Positions 38,204 to 48,410 are shown, counted from the stretch's first letter. The stretch is 64,000 nucleotides of DNA from Verrucomicrobiia bacterium (GCA_963664225.1 OY760937.1:5568001-5632000), one strand, 5' to 3'. Made by a program: numbers and translations. The notes: a model not told the origin generated them from the letters alone.

Positions 38204-39523
38204 TTATGCGCCGGGTTTCTTGGGCTCCGCGCGATCGAAGATGGACGTGTAATGCCTTAGGTTTTCGCCCATATAGACCTGCCGGGGCCGGTAAATGCGG
38301 GTTTCACGGGAGTCCATGATCTCTTTGAAATTCGCAATCCAACCCGGCATGCGCCCGATGGCGAAAATGACGGTGAACATTTCCAGCGGAATTCCCAGGG
38401 CGCGCATGATGATGCCGCTGTAGAAATCGACGTTGGGATAGAGCTTGCGCTCCACAAAATAGGAATCGTTCAAGGCCGCCTGCTCCAGACGCTTTGCAAT
38501 GTCGAGCAGGGGATCCTCGGTTTTTGTGGCTGCAAGCAACAAGTCGCATTGGCGCTTGATGATTTTGGCGCGCGGATCGTAGTTTTTATAGACTCGATGT
38601 CCAAAACCCATCAATCGCTTGCCGCTATTTTTATCTTTGACGGCATTGATAAAGTTGCTGCCGTCATCGCCCGTCTGGCGGATTTGCTCGAGCATTTCAA
38701 TCACGGCTTGATTGGCGCCGCCATGGAGCGGACCCCAAAGGGCGCAAACTCCGGCGGCCGCCGATGCGAATAGATTCGCATGACTTGAAGCAACGAAGCG
38801 CACGGTGGCCGTGGAACAGTTTTGTTCATGATCGGCATGGAGAAGAAAAATCAGGTCCAAGGCGCGAACGACATCCGGATGCAACGGGTAATCCTCGTAT
38901 GGATCCGAGAAGAGCATGTGGAGGAAATTGGCCGTGTACCTGTAGGACGGCTTGGGATAGATGATCGGAAGTCCCCGGGATTTGCGATAGGCAAATGCGG
39001 CAATTGTGCGCACTTGCGAGATCAATCGGGAGGCCACCAGGTCGAAAGTGGCCGGATCGTAGGGCTTCATCAACTCGGGATAGAAGCAACTGCTGGCGTT
39101 GATCATGGAGGACAGGATAGCCATGGGGTGAGCGTTCGAGGGAAAACCCTCGAAATGGAACTTCATGTCTTCATGGATATTCTCGTTCTTTGTCAGAAGA
39201 GTTGAAAAGTTCTTTAATTCATTCTCCGTGGGCAAATGGCCATAGATGATCAGGAATGCGGTTTCGATGAATGTGGAGTTTTCAGCCAGTTCCTCAATGG
39301 GTATTCCGCGATAGCGCAATATGCCTTTTTCACCGTCGATGAATGTGATCTGGCTTTTGCAGGAACCCGTGTTTGCATAGCCATCGTCCAATGTGATGTA
39401 ACCGCTGTTTTGCCGGAGGGTGGAGATGTCTATGGCAGACTCGTCTTCCACACCCACAAGTACTGGGAAAGTGAATTTCTTCCCGTCGATTTCCAGTGTA
39501 GCCGTTTTATTCATGTTAGTCAT
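38204..39523 (-). CDS. gltA: Citrate synthase
   Basis: HADHEQNCST, GPLHGGAN, GFGHRVYKNYDPRA, YPNVDFYSG. Confidence 0.98.
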   Translation of the reverse strand: MTNMNKTATLEIDGKKFTFPVLVGVEDESAIDISTLRQNSGYITLDDGYANTGSCKSQITFIDGEKGILRYRGIPIEELAENSTFIETAFLIIYGHLPTENELKNFSTLLTKNENIHEDMKFHFEGFPSNAHPMAILSSMINASSCFYPELMKPYDPATFDLVASRLISQVRTIAAFAYRKSRGLPIIYPKPSYRYTANFLHMLFSDPYEDYPLHPDVVRALDLIFLLHADHEQNCSTATVRFVASSHANLFASAAAGVCALWGPLHGGANQAVIEMLEQIRQTGDDGSNFINAVKDKNSGKRLMGFGHRVYKNYDPRAKIIKRQCDLLLAATKTEDPLLDIAKRLEQAALNDSYFVERKLYPNVDFYSGIIMRALGIPLEMFTVIFAIGRMPGWIANFKEIMDSRETRIYRPRQVYMGENLRHYTSIFDRAEPKKPGA

Positions 39524-39740
39524 GTTCGATGCCGATGGAATTATACTTCAATCTGGCAAATTTGCGAGCAGAAAAGAATCAGATGTTGCGGGGAATTCGA
39601 ACCGGCCTGCATCGGAGGCAAATCAGATTCCGAAAACAAACAATGGCAATGACAATGGTAATGGCCTGGTTCGAATAATCCGGAGCAGGGGAGTCCCCGG
39701 ATTGTCGGGTTTCAAGCCGGGTAATAAGCAGAACCGGGGG

Positions 39741-40427
39741 TTATCTTCCGACAATGGCCGTGTAAACGGTTCGGGCAATGAGGGCGGCGCCTTCGGCATT
39801 CGGATGCACTTTGTCGGGGAATAACTCGGGGCGATTGCTCAACGCATCGTAAAGGTCGATGATGGGAACATGGGCTTCCTGCGCGGATTTTTCAATGAGA
39901 GGAATGACTTCCTTGAACAGGGTTTCGTCATTGATTCCCCATTGGGTTTGATAGACGGGCACGGGCAGGCAAACGAAGATTTTGGGTTTGTCTGGCAAGG
40001 CCAGGAAATGTGCCAGGAAATCCCTGTAGTCGCGCGCAAACTCGTCCTTATGAGCCCAGTTCTCTGGTTTTGTGTCATTGGTGCCCAGCTTGATGATGAT
40101 CACATCGGGTTTGGAAACCGAGACGGCGTTCATTTCAGGCAGGCTCCAATAAGGCAGGTTTCCTTTTTTAAGGAGCGTCGCTCCGCTGACGCCAAAATTG
40201 CGCACTTCGAATCGCGACCCCAGCATCCGACCCAAAACGGCGGGATAACTATTCGTTTCCCGGTTCTCCACGCCCGCGCCGAAGGTGATGCTGTCGCCAA
40301 TGCAGGCCACTTTGATCGTGCCTTCCTTGTCGTAGAGTCCGAATGCGGGCTGGCGGCTTGTCTTGCACGCGGTAAATAGCAGCAGGACACCCATCAATAC
40401 GGCCAGAGAACGAATAATTGACTTCAT
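39741..40427 (-). CDS. SGNH/GDSL esterase lipoprotein
   Basis: Lipobox FTAC, GDSIT, NFGVSG, LGTND, DKVHP. Confidence 0.92.
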   Translation of the reverse strand: MKSIIRSLAVLMGVLLLFTACKTSRQPAFGLYDKEGTIKVACIGDSITFGAGVENRETNSYPAVLGRMLGSRFEVRNFGVSGATLLKKGNLPYWSLPEMNAVSVSKPDVIIIKLGTNDTKPENWAHKDEFARDYRDFLAHFLALPDKPKIFVCLPVPVYQTQWGINDETLFKEVIPLIEKSAQEAHVPIIDLYDALSNRPELFPDKVHPNAEGAALIARTVYTAIVGR

Positions 40428-40478
40428 AATAACTTGCGCTGGTTGGCATTAAATGCGCACGCGGCGAATCGCGCAAAC

Positions 40479-40514
40479 AAAAACGGCGTGTCCGCGGTAA
40501 AACGGACACGCCGT
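40479..40514 (-). terminator. Intrinsic terminator of xylA
   Basis: 12-bp stem ACGGCGTGTCCG/CGGACACGCCGT followed by a T-run on the minus strand. Confidence 0.8.
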
Positions 40515-40535
40515 GAATTGAAAAGAACGACCGGA

Positions 40536-41852
40536 TCAGGCAATGAACTCGTTGATCAGGGCTTCCAGGTATTCCTGGCGACCGCTGACGCAAGGATCGG
40601 CTTCGCCCTTCTTGAGCATATAGGCTTCCAGGTCCTTGAAGCTGGACTTGCCCGCTTCAATTTTGGCGCCAACGCCCGAGTCCCAGGAGCTGTAGCGTTT
40701 CTTCACGAAGTCCGCCAGACGTCCATCCGCGCGGATCGCGGCGGCAATTTTCAGGCCGCGGGCAAAAGTGTCCATGCCGGCGACATGCGCGAGGAACAAG
40801 TCCTCGACCTCGAAGCTTTCGCGGCGGACCTTGGCGTCGAAATTAACGCCGCCAGTGGTGAAACCGCCCATCTTGAGAATGGGGAGCATGCACTGCGTGG
40901 TCAAATAGATGTCGGTCGGGAATTGGTCGGTGTCCCAGCCCAGCATCGGATCGCCGGTGTTGGCATCGATGGAACCCAGGGCGTTGGAGGCGACGGCGAC
41001 TTCGAGTTCGTGCTGCATCGTATGACCGGCCAGCGTGGCGTGGTTGGTTTCGATGTTGAGCTTGAAATCGTTGAGCAGGTCGTACTCCCGAAGGAAGTTC
41101 AGGCACGCGGCGGCGTCCGAATCGTATTGGTGCTTGGTGGGTTCCTTGGGCTTGGGCTCAATGTAAAACTGACCTTTGAAACCGATTTCCTTTTTGTAAT
41201 CGACCGCCATGTGCAGGAATTTGGCCAGATGATCGAGTTCGCGCTTGATATCGGTGTTCAGCAGGGTGGTGTAACCTTCCCGACCGCCCCAGAACACATA
41301 GCCTTCGCCGCCCAATTCGTGGGTGACTTCGAGGGCTTTTTTGACTTGAGCCGCGCCGAAGGCAAAGGAGTCCGCATTGCAGCTGGTGGCCGCACCGTGA
41401 ACGAAGCGGGGATTGGCAAAAAGGCAGGCTGTGCCCCACAAGAGTTTGACACCGGTGCGCTTCTGCTCTTCTTTCAGGACTTTGACGACCGCGTCGAGGT
41501 TTTTGTTGGACTCCTTCAGGGAAGCGCCTTCAGGGGCAACGTCCCGGTCGTGAAACGCATAATAAGGAGCGCCGAGTTTTTGGATGAAGTCGAGAGCCAC
41601 ACGCGCCCGTTTTTGGGCGTTTTCCACGGAGTTGGAGCCGTCATCCCAGGGGCGGATGGCTGTTCCAGCGCCGAACGGATCGGACATGGTGCCACGGAAC
41701 GTGTGCCAATAGACCACCGAGAAGCGGAGATGGTCCTTCATCGTCTTGCCTTCGACGATTTCGGCAGGGTTATAGTGCTTGAAGGCCAGGGGATTCTTGG
41801 ATTTTGGTCCTTCGAACGAAATTTTGGGAAATTTCGGGAGTGCTGATGCCAT
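40536..41852 (-). CDS. xylA: Xylose isomerase (class II)
   Basis: [42 protein letters not shown]. Confidence 0.98.
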   Translation of the reverse strand: MASALPKFPKISFEGPKSKNPLAFKHYNPAEIVEGKTMKDHLRFSVVYWHTFRGTMSDPFGAGTAIRPWDDGSNSVENAQKRARVALDFIQKLGAPYYAFHDRDVAPEGASLKESNKNLDAVVKVLKEEQKRTGVKLLWGTACLFANPRFVHGAATSCNADSFAFGAAQVKKALEVTHELGGEGYVFWGGREGYTTLLNTDIKRELDHLAKFLHMAVDYKKEIGFKGQFYIEPKPKEPTKHQYDSDAAACLNFLREYDLLNDFKLNIETNHATLAGHTMQHELEVAVASNALGSIDANTGDPMLGWDTDQFPTDIYLTTQCMLPILKMGGFTTGGVNFDAKVRRESFEVEDLFLAHVAGMDTFARGLKIAAAIRADGRLADFVKKRYSSWDSGVGAKIEAGKSSFKDLEAYMLKKGEADPCVSGRQEYLEALINEFIA

Positions 41853-42024
41853 AAATTTCTTTGTTAGAGTTTTAGTCGCTTTTATGAGGCGCATTGCAAA
41901 GTTTCCAGCGTTTCAAGTCAAGCCCAAAGCCTTGGAATGGGGGTCCCCAATTTCGGGTAGGCCATGTTTTAACCCGCGTAGTTCTCTTTCAAGATTCGGT
42001 TTCAGGCGCATTGTTTGTCATGTT

Positions 42025-42906
42025 TCACTTGCGCGGGGAGGGTCGGCGGGTGGTTGTTTTTGATTTTGCCATGCCACGCAGGATGGCGAGGTTTTCGATG
42101 TCTTCGTGGAGATCCGGGGATTTGGGCGTTTCCAGACATCCGGGTGTGTTTTTGAACAGGGGATCATTGACGATATGGCGAAAGGCCTCGCTGCCGATTT
42201 TGCCCTGGCCAATGCCCGCATGGCGGTCCACGCGGGAGTTTAAATCCACCTTGGAATCGTTCAGATGAATGGCCAAAATTTCTTTTACTCCCACGGTGTC
42301 ATCGGCTTCCTGGATGGTGTTGGACCATCCTTTCGGGGTGCGAATGTCGTAACCTGCGGCGAAAAGATGGGCGGTATCCAGGCAGATTGCCAGGCGGGCG
42401 GGGGTATCGGCTGTGTCGTAAATCCTTTGGAGGTGGGCGAAACGATATCCGACGCAGGTACCCTGGCCCGCGGTAATTTCAAGGGCAATGCGAACCGGGG
42501 AGGAATGCGTGGCGCGAATGACTTCGTTCAAGCCGCTGGCTATTTGTTGAAAACCGGCTTCTTCGCCCTGACCGAGGTGAGCGCCCGGATGCAGAACCAG
42601 AAATGGCAGTTTAAGAACCGTGGCGATCTCGATTTCCTGGATGAGGGATTGAATGGATTTGTCGCGATTGGGTGAGGGCGACGCGCCCAGATTGATCAGG
42701 TAACCTGTGTGACCAAATATGCAGGCGAAGGGATGCTTGATTTGGAATTGTAGAAAGCGATCAACAATAGACGGATCGGGCGATTTTCCGAGCCATTGCA
42801 TGTTGTTCTTGACGAAAATCTGGACCACATCGCAGCCTATTGCGGCACCGCGTTCCAGGGCTTTGTCAACACCACCAATGGTGGGCATGTGAGCGCCGAA
42901 CATCAT
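42025..42906 (-). CDS. nfo: Endonuclease IV
   Basis: GAH, QIF, HTGYLINL, HPG, EITAGQG, CLDTAH, HLNDSK, DRHA, ETP. Confidence 0.96.
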   Translation of the reverse strand: MMFGAHMPTIGGVDKALERGAAIGCDVVQIFVKNNMQWLGKSPDPSIVDRFLQFQIKHPFACIFGHTGYLINLGASPSPNRDKSIQSLIQEIEIATVLKLPFLVLHPGAHLGQGEEAGFQQIASGLNEVIRATHSSPVRIALEITAGQGTCVGYRFAHLQRIYDTADTPARLAICLDTAHLFAAGYDIRTPKGWSNTIQEADDTVGVKEILAIHLNDSKVDLNSRVDRHAGIGQGKIGSEAFRHIVNDPLFKNTPGCLETPKSPDLHEDIENLAILRGMAKSKTTTRRPSPRK

Positions 42907-42951
42907 ATCAGCGTCCACTATTCCTCATCGATGCAGGTGCTTCAACTGGTA

Positions 42952-43118
42952 TTAACCCGAAATCCGAAATAGGAACGGCCCATCTGACGCAATCATTTGG
43001 CCATCCATGGTTTGAAACCGGCTGTGGAGTATTGATTTAATACACCTTCGCCGATTGCAAATCATGGCTGTCTCAAAGCATTGCATCATCTTGACCATTC
43101 TTATTTCGGATTTCGGGT
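42952..43118. repeat. ~167-bp imperfect palindrome with CCGAAAT-repeat termini (target of intron 2)
   Basis: The left arm TTAACCCGAAATCCGAAATAGGAACGGCC mirrors GACCATTCTTATTTCGGATTTCGGGT|TAA. Complementarity continues to a central GTATT-GATTT-AATAC loop. Confidence 0.85.
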
Positions 43119-45093
43119 GTGCGCCAGTGAAATTGGTAGCCTCGTGGGTGAAAGTCCCGCCGGTCGAATTAGACGGTTCACGACCGAAATGCAGCGTCCG
43201 GGACGAGGCCGTGAGGCCGAACCACAAGCGGGACGCTGAAAGAACTGTCGGGTCGTAACGAAAGTAAACCTCATCAAATGAGCTCCGAAACCGAAATAAC
43301 CGGTAAGCCGAGCCGCTACCCGAACGGCGAAGGCAGAAACGCGGCGTCATCAAATCGTCAAATGGGCGCTGTTGATTCCGGCGGAGTCAGCGAGGGCGAC
43401 ACGACAGGAAGGGAAACCAAGGTAAGCTGGGAGATCTCTGGAGGCGGGGCGATAAAGCCTCAACCGCCGGTGCAAGGAGGAACACCCTCCGAGGCCGCAC
43501 GGGCAGCCAGAGAAGTCGGAGTCTTCCATAGTAGCGAAGAAGCTGGGGCGACCAAAACCCCGGCGGAGCCAAGGGAAGGCACTTGGATCGAAGCGAATCA
43601 AAACAGCGAGGGACAGGGAGATGGCCTTGAGGGAGTGGAAACACTTTTTCAACGGATAACAACCCCGATAAAAGTTCAAAAGCTGCAGCGAGCGCTATAT
43701 TGCAAAGCCAAGGCTGAGCCGAAGTATCGGTTTTACAGCCTCTACGGAGAACTGCTGCGGAAGGACGTGCTGGAAACGGCAATGGCCTCCGTGGCGCACA
43801 ACAATGGCGCGGCTGGGATCGACGGGCAGACATGCGACGTCTATCTTGCCAGCGACGAAGCCTGGGACCAATGGCGGAACCAACTGCTGGAGGAGTTACG
43901 CACGAAGAAGTATCGGCCAAGCCCGGTGAAGCGTGTGTATATACCAAAAGGAGACGGGAAGCTGCGACCCCTGGGCATCCCGACAGTGAAAGACCGGGTG
44001 GTGCAGACAGCGGTGGTGATTGTATTGCTGCCGATTCTGGAAGCCGATAGTCATCCGAACAGTTACGCCTATCATCCCAAACGCAATGCCCACCAAGCAA
44101 TGGAGGCGATCAAGAAGGCTACGCTGACAGGACGCGTCGAAGTTATAGACGCGGACTTAAGCGGGTATTTTGACAGCATTCCCCACAGGCGTTTGTTGCG
44201 CATAGTGGCCAAGCGGGTCAGCGATGGAACAATTCTCAAGCTGATCGCAGGATGGCTGCGCGCGCCCGTGAATGAACCGCAAAGCGACACAGGGAAAGGC
44301 GGGACAAAGGGGGGGCAAGGTCAGAATCGACGGGGGACTCCGCAAGGCGGGGTTGTATCGCCGATTTTAGCCAATGCATACCTCAACCAGTTGGATTGGG
44401 AAGTCAACGAACGCTGCGAACTCAAACCCGTGATGGTGAGATACGCGGATGATTTCGTGATACTCGGACAGCCGGGGCAGGGACGGGAACTGATGGAACG
44501 ACTGGAACGATGGCTGAAGCAACGCGAGTTAGTGCTCAACGAGAAGAAGACCCGCTTGGTGGACCTCCGCCAGGATGGCATCAAATTCTTGGGATTCGCG
44601 CTAACAATGCGACAGGGGAAGGGGAAATGGAAATATCCGCATGTGGAACCCCATCCCAAGAGCCAGAAGAAGTTTCGAGACGGGATTCGGGAGAAACTCA
44701 ACCGAAGCACGCTATGGCGTGATATCGGAGAGGTGATTCCCGAGCTCAACAAGAAACTCAAAGGTTGGAAGGGTTACTTTCACTACGGGAACAGCACCAA
44801 GGTGATGGGCCAGATGAACGAATACGTCAGCAGCAAGTTACAACGATGGTTGTGGCGCAAACACGGATGTAGTCGGGCGCAATGGTCCACATACCCCAAG
44901 GAGGATCTCTATGAGCGTTATGGTTTATACCAAATGCCGGAATATGCGGCATGGAAACGATGACGTCGAAGCGATGCAACGTATGATCCCCGGAGAGCCG
45001 GATGCGGGAAAACCGCCTGTCCGGTTCGATGAGGGGCGAAATGCGACGGTCATTGGCCACGGCCATTCAATCCGTCCATTTCGCCTACTCTAC
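43119..45093 (+). mobile_element. Group II intron 2 (RT without endonuclease domain)
   Basis: 5' GTGCG, domain V GAGCCGGATGCGGGAAAACCGCCTGTCCGGTTC, 3' end CTACTCTAC. EBS1/EBS2 match the 5' exon. Confidence 0.95.
43635..44963 (+). CDS. ltrA: Group II intron reverse transcriptase/maturase
   Basis: [39 protein letters not shown], domain X. No HNH. The start (GTG 43635) is approximate; the longer ORF from 43278 runs through ribozyme sequence. Confidence 0.93.
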   Translation: METLFQRITTPIKVQKLQRALYCKAKAEPKYRFYSLYGELLRKDVLETAMASVAHNNGAAGIDGQTCDVYLASDEAWDQWRNQLLEELRTKKYRPSPVKRVYIPKGDGKLRPLGIPTVKDRVVQTAVVIVLLPILEADSHPNSYAYHPKRNAHQAMEAIKKATLTGRVEVIDADLSGYFDSIPHRRLLRIVAKRVSDGTILKLIAGWLRAPVNEPQSDTGKGGTKGGQGQNRRGTPQGGVVSPILANAYLNQLDWEVNERCELKPVMVRYADDFVILGQPGQGRELMERLERWLKQRELVLNEKKTRLVDLRQDGIKFLGFALTMRQGKGKWKYPHVEPHPKSQKKFRDGIREKLNRSTLWRDIGEVIPELNKKLKGWKGYFHYGNSTKVMGQMNEYVSSKLQRWLWRKHGCSRAQWSTYPKEDLYERYGLYQMPEYAAWKR

Positions 45094-46310
45094 TAAAGCA
45101 ATTCGGGGGTGTTCATCAAATCGGCAATGCGACTGAGCAGGCGTCCCGCTGCGCCGCCGTCAATGACACGGTGGTCGAAACTCAAGGTGAGATTCGCTTC
45201 CATGATGGGGACGAATTGGCCGGATTTTTCATCCCAGAAGGGTGATTTGCGTCCGGCTCCCAGTCCCAGCACGAGAGTTTGTTCGGGCAAGGGAATGGGG
45301 GTTGCCCACATCAGGCCAAAGGTGCCGAAATTGGTGACGGTGGCAATGGATCCGCCGGTGGCGCCCTGGGGCAACTGGCGTTTACGGGCGAGTTCAACCA
45401 TGTCGCTGTAAGGTTGGATCAGATCCTTGAGCAGGGTTTGATCGACGTTTCGAAACACGGGCACCAGAACTCCGTCCTCTGCTTCGACAGCAAAACCCAG
45501 GTCAATCGATGCGGGATGCATGATGCGTTTGCCGACCAACCGTCCTGCAGGGGCGCTGTTTTCGGCCAGGGCCAGGGCCAGAGCGCGCAACGCGTAGAGG
45601 GTTGGACCGGGTTTGGGATTGCAGGCCTTGCGATGCGCCAGCATGGGGTCCAGGCAGACCGGCAGGCCCACGGTTGCAATGGGGCGCGTCCAACTGCGGC
45701 GCATGGCGTCCGCTACCGCGACGCGCATGGTCGATGCAGGGCTGGTTTTGTTTTTTTCAAGGCCGGACAGAAATTTCTCAAAATCCTCAATGGTGACGCG
45801 GCCACCCGCGCCGCTTCCGGCCACCCCCGCCAAGTCAGCGGCATTCAGACCCAATTCCATGATGCGCGCCTTCATGCGCGGAGACATGTAACTCGCCCCG
45901 CGTGCATGGGCGGGCACGGGCAAGCCGTTGACGGTGGGTTCGACAATGTGTTGCGGCAGGCTGCCAGCGGGCGACCCGGGCAATGGGCCCTGGTTGTTTG
46001 AAGGAACAGATGTCGCAGAGGCATTTGCCGGCTGCTGGTCCAGGCCCAGTTTTGCGGCTTCCTCAATGCTGGCATCTAGATATCCCAACACAACGCCAAC
46101 GGGATAGCTTTGATCGATTTCCACCAACCAGCGGGCGATCGTGCCTGCGCAGGGGGCGGTGACGGTCATGGTAGCCTTATTGGTCTCCACTTCGAGGACA
46201 TCCTGACCGGAAGCGACCCATTCACCTGGTTTGACGAGAAGGTTGACGACCTTGGCCTCAGCGATGGATTCACCGAGTTGAGGCATGATAATGGGAACGG
46301 GAAGCGTCAT
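45093..46310 (-). CDS. 2-oxoacid dehydrogenase E2 (dihydrolipoamide acyltransferase)
   Basis: Lipoyl domain MPQLGESIAEA...VETNKA, peripheral binding motif GSGAGGRVTIED, catalytic DHRVIDG. Confidence 0.93.
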   Translation of the reverse strand: MTLPVPIIMPQLGESIAEAKVVNLLVKPGEWVASGQDVLEVETNKATMTVTAPCAGTIARWLVEIDQSYPVGVVLGYLDASIEEAAKLGLDQQPANASATSVPSNNQGPLPGSPAGSLPQHIVEPTVNGLPVPAHARGASYMSPRMKARIMELGLNAADLAGVAGSGAGGRVTIEDFEKFLSGLEKNKTSPASTMRVAVADAMRRSWTRPIATVGLPVCLDPMLAHRKACNPKPGPTLYALRALALALAENSAPAGRLVGKRIMHPASIDLGFAVEAEDGVLVPVFRNVDQTLLKDLIQPYSDMVELARKRQLPQGATGGSIATVTNFGTFGLMWATPIPLPEQTLVLGLGAGRKSPFWDEKSGQFVPIMEANLTLSFDHRVIDGGAAGRLLSRIADLMNTPELL

Positions 46311-46326
46311 GGCGATTGAGATTGGT

Positions 46327-47292
46327 TTAGGTGCGCAACATTTGGCGTGCGGCGTCTGCGATGGCGCGCGCGGTCGGACGGTGAACCCCCCATAGATTGG
46401 GGTGATACGGTACGGGAGTATCCTTGGCGTTGAGGCGCTGTGGGGGGACATCGAGCAAGTCGAGTCCTTCCGTGGCCACGCGGGCGATCACCTCGGCGGT
46501 CACACCACCCCAAGGCCAGCTTTCACCCACGCACAAGAGACGACCCGTGCGGGCGACTGAGGCCATCACCGTATCGGTGTCCAAAGGTTTGATGGAACGC
46601 AAATCGACGATTTCGATCTGGTAGCCTTCCAAAGCCAGTTCCTCGGCGGCAGCCAGGGCCTCATGCACCATGGCGCTGTAGGCGACGATGGTCATGTCGC
46701 GTCCGGGAAGGGCCACGCGCGCCTTGCCCGCTGGCAGGGCGGTGGTCGGCAGCGCCTCGGCCTTCAGATGGTAATAAAGGAATTTATGTTCAAAAAAGAT
46801 CACAGGATCGTCAATCGCCACGGCTTCCAGGAGCATGCTATAGGCGTCCTCCACCGTTGCCGGGGTAAAGGCGATCAAGCCCGGATAATGCGCGTAGATT
46901 GCTTCCAGACTCTGACTATGAAATGGACCGCTGCCCGACGTGCCGCCCGAAGGCAGACGGATGGTAATGGGGCAGGGCACGCCCGTTCGCCAGAAGAGAG
47001 TGGAGGCCTGGTTGACAATCTGGTTGAGGCCCACTGTGGAAAAGTCCGCAAATTGGATTTCAATGATGGGACGCATGCCCTCGATGGCCGCGCCAACCGC
47101 CGAACCGATCATCGCATCTTCGCTAATTGGGGCGTCAATAACGCGTCCGGGAAATTGTTGAGCCAGATTCTTGGTGGCCTTGAAAGCGCCTCCAAAAGCG
47201 CCCACATCCTGGCCGTAAATATAAACGCGCGGATCATCCGCGAGGGCTTTGGCCTGCGCGGCGCGAATGGCATCCAAATAGGTGATACTCAT
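46327..47292 (-). CDS. 2-oxoacid dehydrogenase E1 beta
   Basis: GQDVGAFGGAFKAT, DAPISE, EIQFADF, GPFHSQS, DPVIFFEHK. Confidence 0.95.
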   Translation of the reverse strand: MSITYLDAIRAAQAKALADDPRVYIYGQDVGAFGGAFKATKNLAQQFPGRVIDAPISEDAMIGSAVGAAIEGMRPIIEIQFADFSTVGLNQIVNQASTLFWRTGVPCPITIRLPSGGTSGSGPFHSQSLEAIYAHYPGLIAFTPATVEDAYSMLLEAVAIDDPVIFFEHKFLYYHLKAEALPTTALPAGKARVALPGRDMTIVAYSAMVHEALAAAEELALEGYQIEIVDLRSIKPLDTDTVMASVARTGRLLCVGESWPWGGVTAEVIARVATEGLDLLDVPPQRLNAKDTPVPYHPNLWGVHRPTARAIADAARQMLRT

Positions 47293-48344
47293 GCGTTGGA
47301 TGCGTTGGATATGTTGGATATGGATGGTGTTTCACTCAGGCGTTGTGTGGCCAGAGCCTGCCAATTCTCCCCGTATGGGTCGGGAGTGGGTTCCCTTTGC
47401 ACCTGAGAGACGGCTTCCTCGACCTGCCTGATAAAATCCGAGCGTCCAGCGGCCAAGGTTGAGTGGGTCGCCCAGTTTTGGTTCAGCATGATATTTTCAG
47501 CCACTTCCAGACAATCGCGCCCCAAGGGGGATTCCTTGAGCTTGGGATCGATATAGCCTGCATCGTCATGCTCACCGTGTCCACAGAGGCGAAGAAGCGA
47601 GGCGACGACCATTTGGGGTCCCCGACCTGATCTTGCGTTTTCAATGGCTTCATGGAGTGTGACGAGGCAGGCGTGGAGATCGGTACCATCCACAACAAAA
47701 GATGTCATACCGTAACCCGCCGCGCGGTCTGCCAGAGAGTGACAGGCAAACTGACGCGATGTGGGAACGGAGTAAGCGTATTGATTGTCTGCAACCACCA
47801 CGACCAGAGGCAGTTTTTCAATGGAGGCCTGGTTCAACGCCTCATGAAAAGCGCCTGTGGAAGTCATGCCGTCTCCGGCGCTGGCAACTCCGACCATGCC
47901 AGACTGGCCTTTGAAGCGGCGGGCCATCAGCATCCCATTGACCACGGAGACCATGGCCCCCAAATGGCTAATCATGGGCAGCAAACCGGATTTCGGATTG
48001 CCGCGATGCACGTTCCCGTCACGGCCGCGCATGGGGCCAAGCGAAGATCCCATATAAGTGCGGACCGCATCGAGAATTGTTTCGCCGAAGGCCAGCCGAC
48101 CTGCGGCATCGCGAATTAAGGGTGCAAAAACGTCGCCTTTGCGCAAATTGACGCCGATTGCCGAGCTCAAGGCCTCCTGACCCCGTCCGAGAAAAACGCC
48201 GCCATGGATTTTGCCAGTCCGATAAAGGCTGGCAAACTTGTCATCCATAATGCGCGCCAGCAGCATCCAGCGATAGGCCTGCTCAAACAAGAGCTGGCTT
48301 TCAGGATCAATCCTTTGCGACTGGCTGTTTTCATTCCCAGACAT
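47289..48344 (-). CDS. 2-oxoacid dehydrogenase E1 alpha
   Basis: GQEA, TPP-binding GDG...HEALN...DNQYA, RLCGHGEHD. Confidence 0.93.
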   Translation of the reverse strand: MSGNENSQSQRIDPESQLLFEQAYRWMLLARIMDDKFASLYRTGKIHGGVFLGRGQEALSSAIGVNLRKGDVFAPLIRDAAGRLAFGETILDAVRTYMGSSLGPMRGRDGNVHRGNPKSGLLPMISHLGAMVSVVNGMLMARRFKGQSGMVGVASAGDGMTSTGAFHEALNQASIEKLPLVVVVADNQYAYSVPTSRQFACHSLADRAAGYGMTSFVVDGTDLHACLVTLHEAIENARSGRGPQMVVASLLRLCGHGEHDDAGYIDPKLKESPLGRDCLEVAENIMLNQNWATHSTLAAGRSDFIRQVEEAVSQVQREPTPDPYGENWQALATQRLSETPSISNISNASNA

Positions 48345-48410
48345 ACCCACTTATTTACATCCCAAGGGCTTCGTTGTGAATCGGTTTCTTTGACCGGTTC
48401 AGGATTATGG

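Noticed and set aside
39641..39664. CAATGR-like hexamer run upstream of gltA
   Set aside because: Short low-complexity tandem with no supportable function.
42952..43118. Palindrome as an integron attC site
   Set aside because: The AAC/GTT ends are suggestive, but RYYYAAC/GTTRRRY do not match, the element is long for attC, and there is no integrase or cassette array.
43278..43634. 119-aa N-terminal extension of the intron 2 RT
   Set aside because: It runs through ribozyme sequence, including EBS1/EBS2. Similarity to the intron 1 RT begins only near ITTPIKVQKLQ.
36262..44963. RTs as retron, DGR, CRISPR-associated or Abi reverse transcriptases
   Set aside because: Both have domain X and sit inside recognisable ribozyme domains V/VI. 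No template/variable repeat pair, msr-msd or cas genes are seen.
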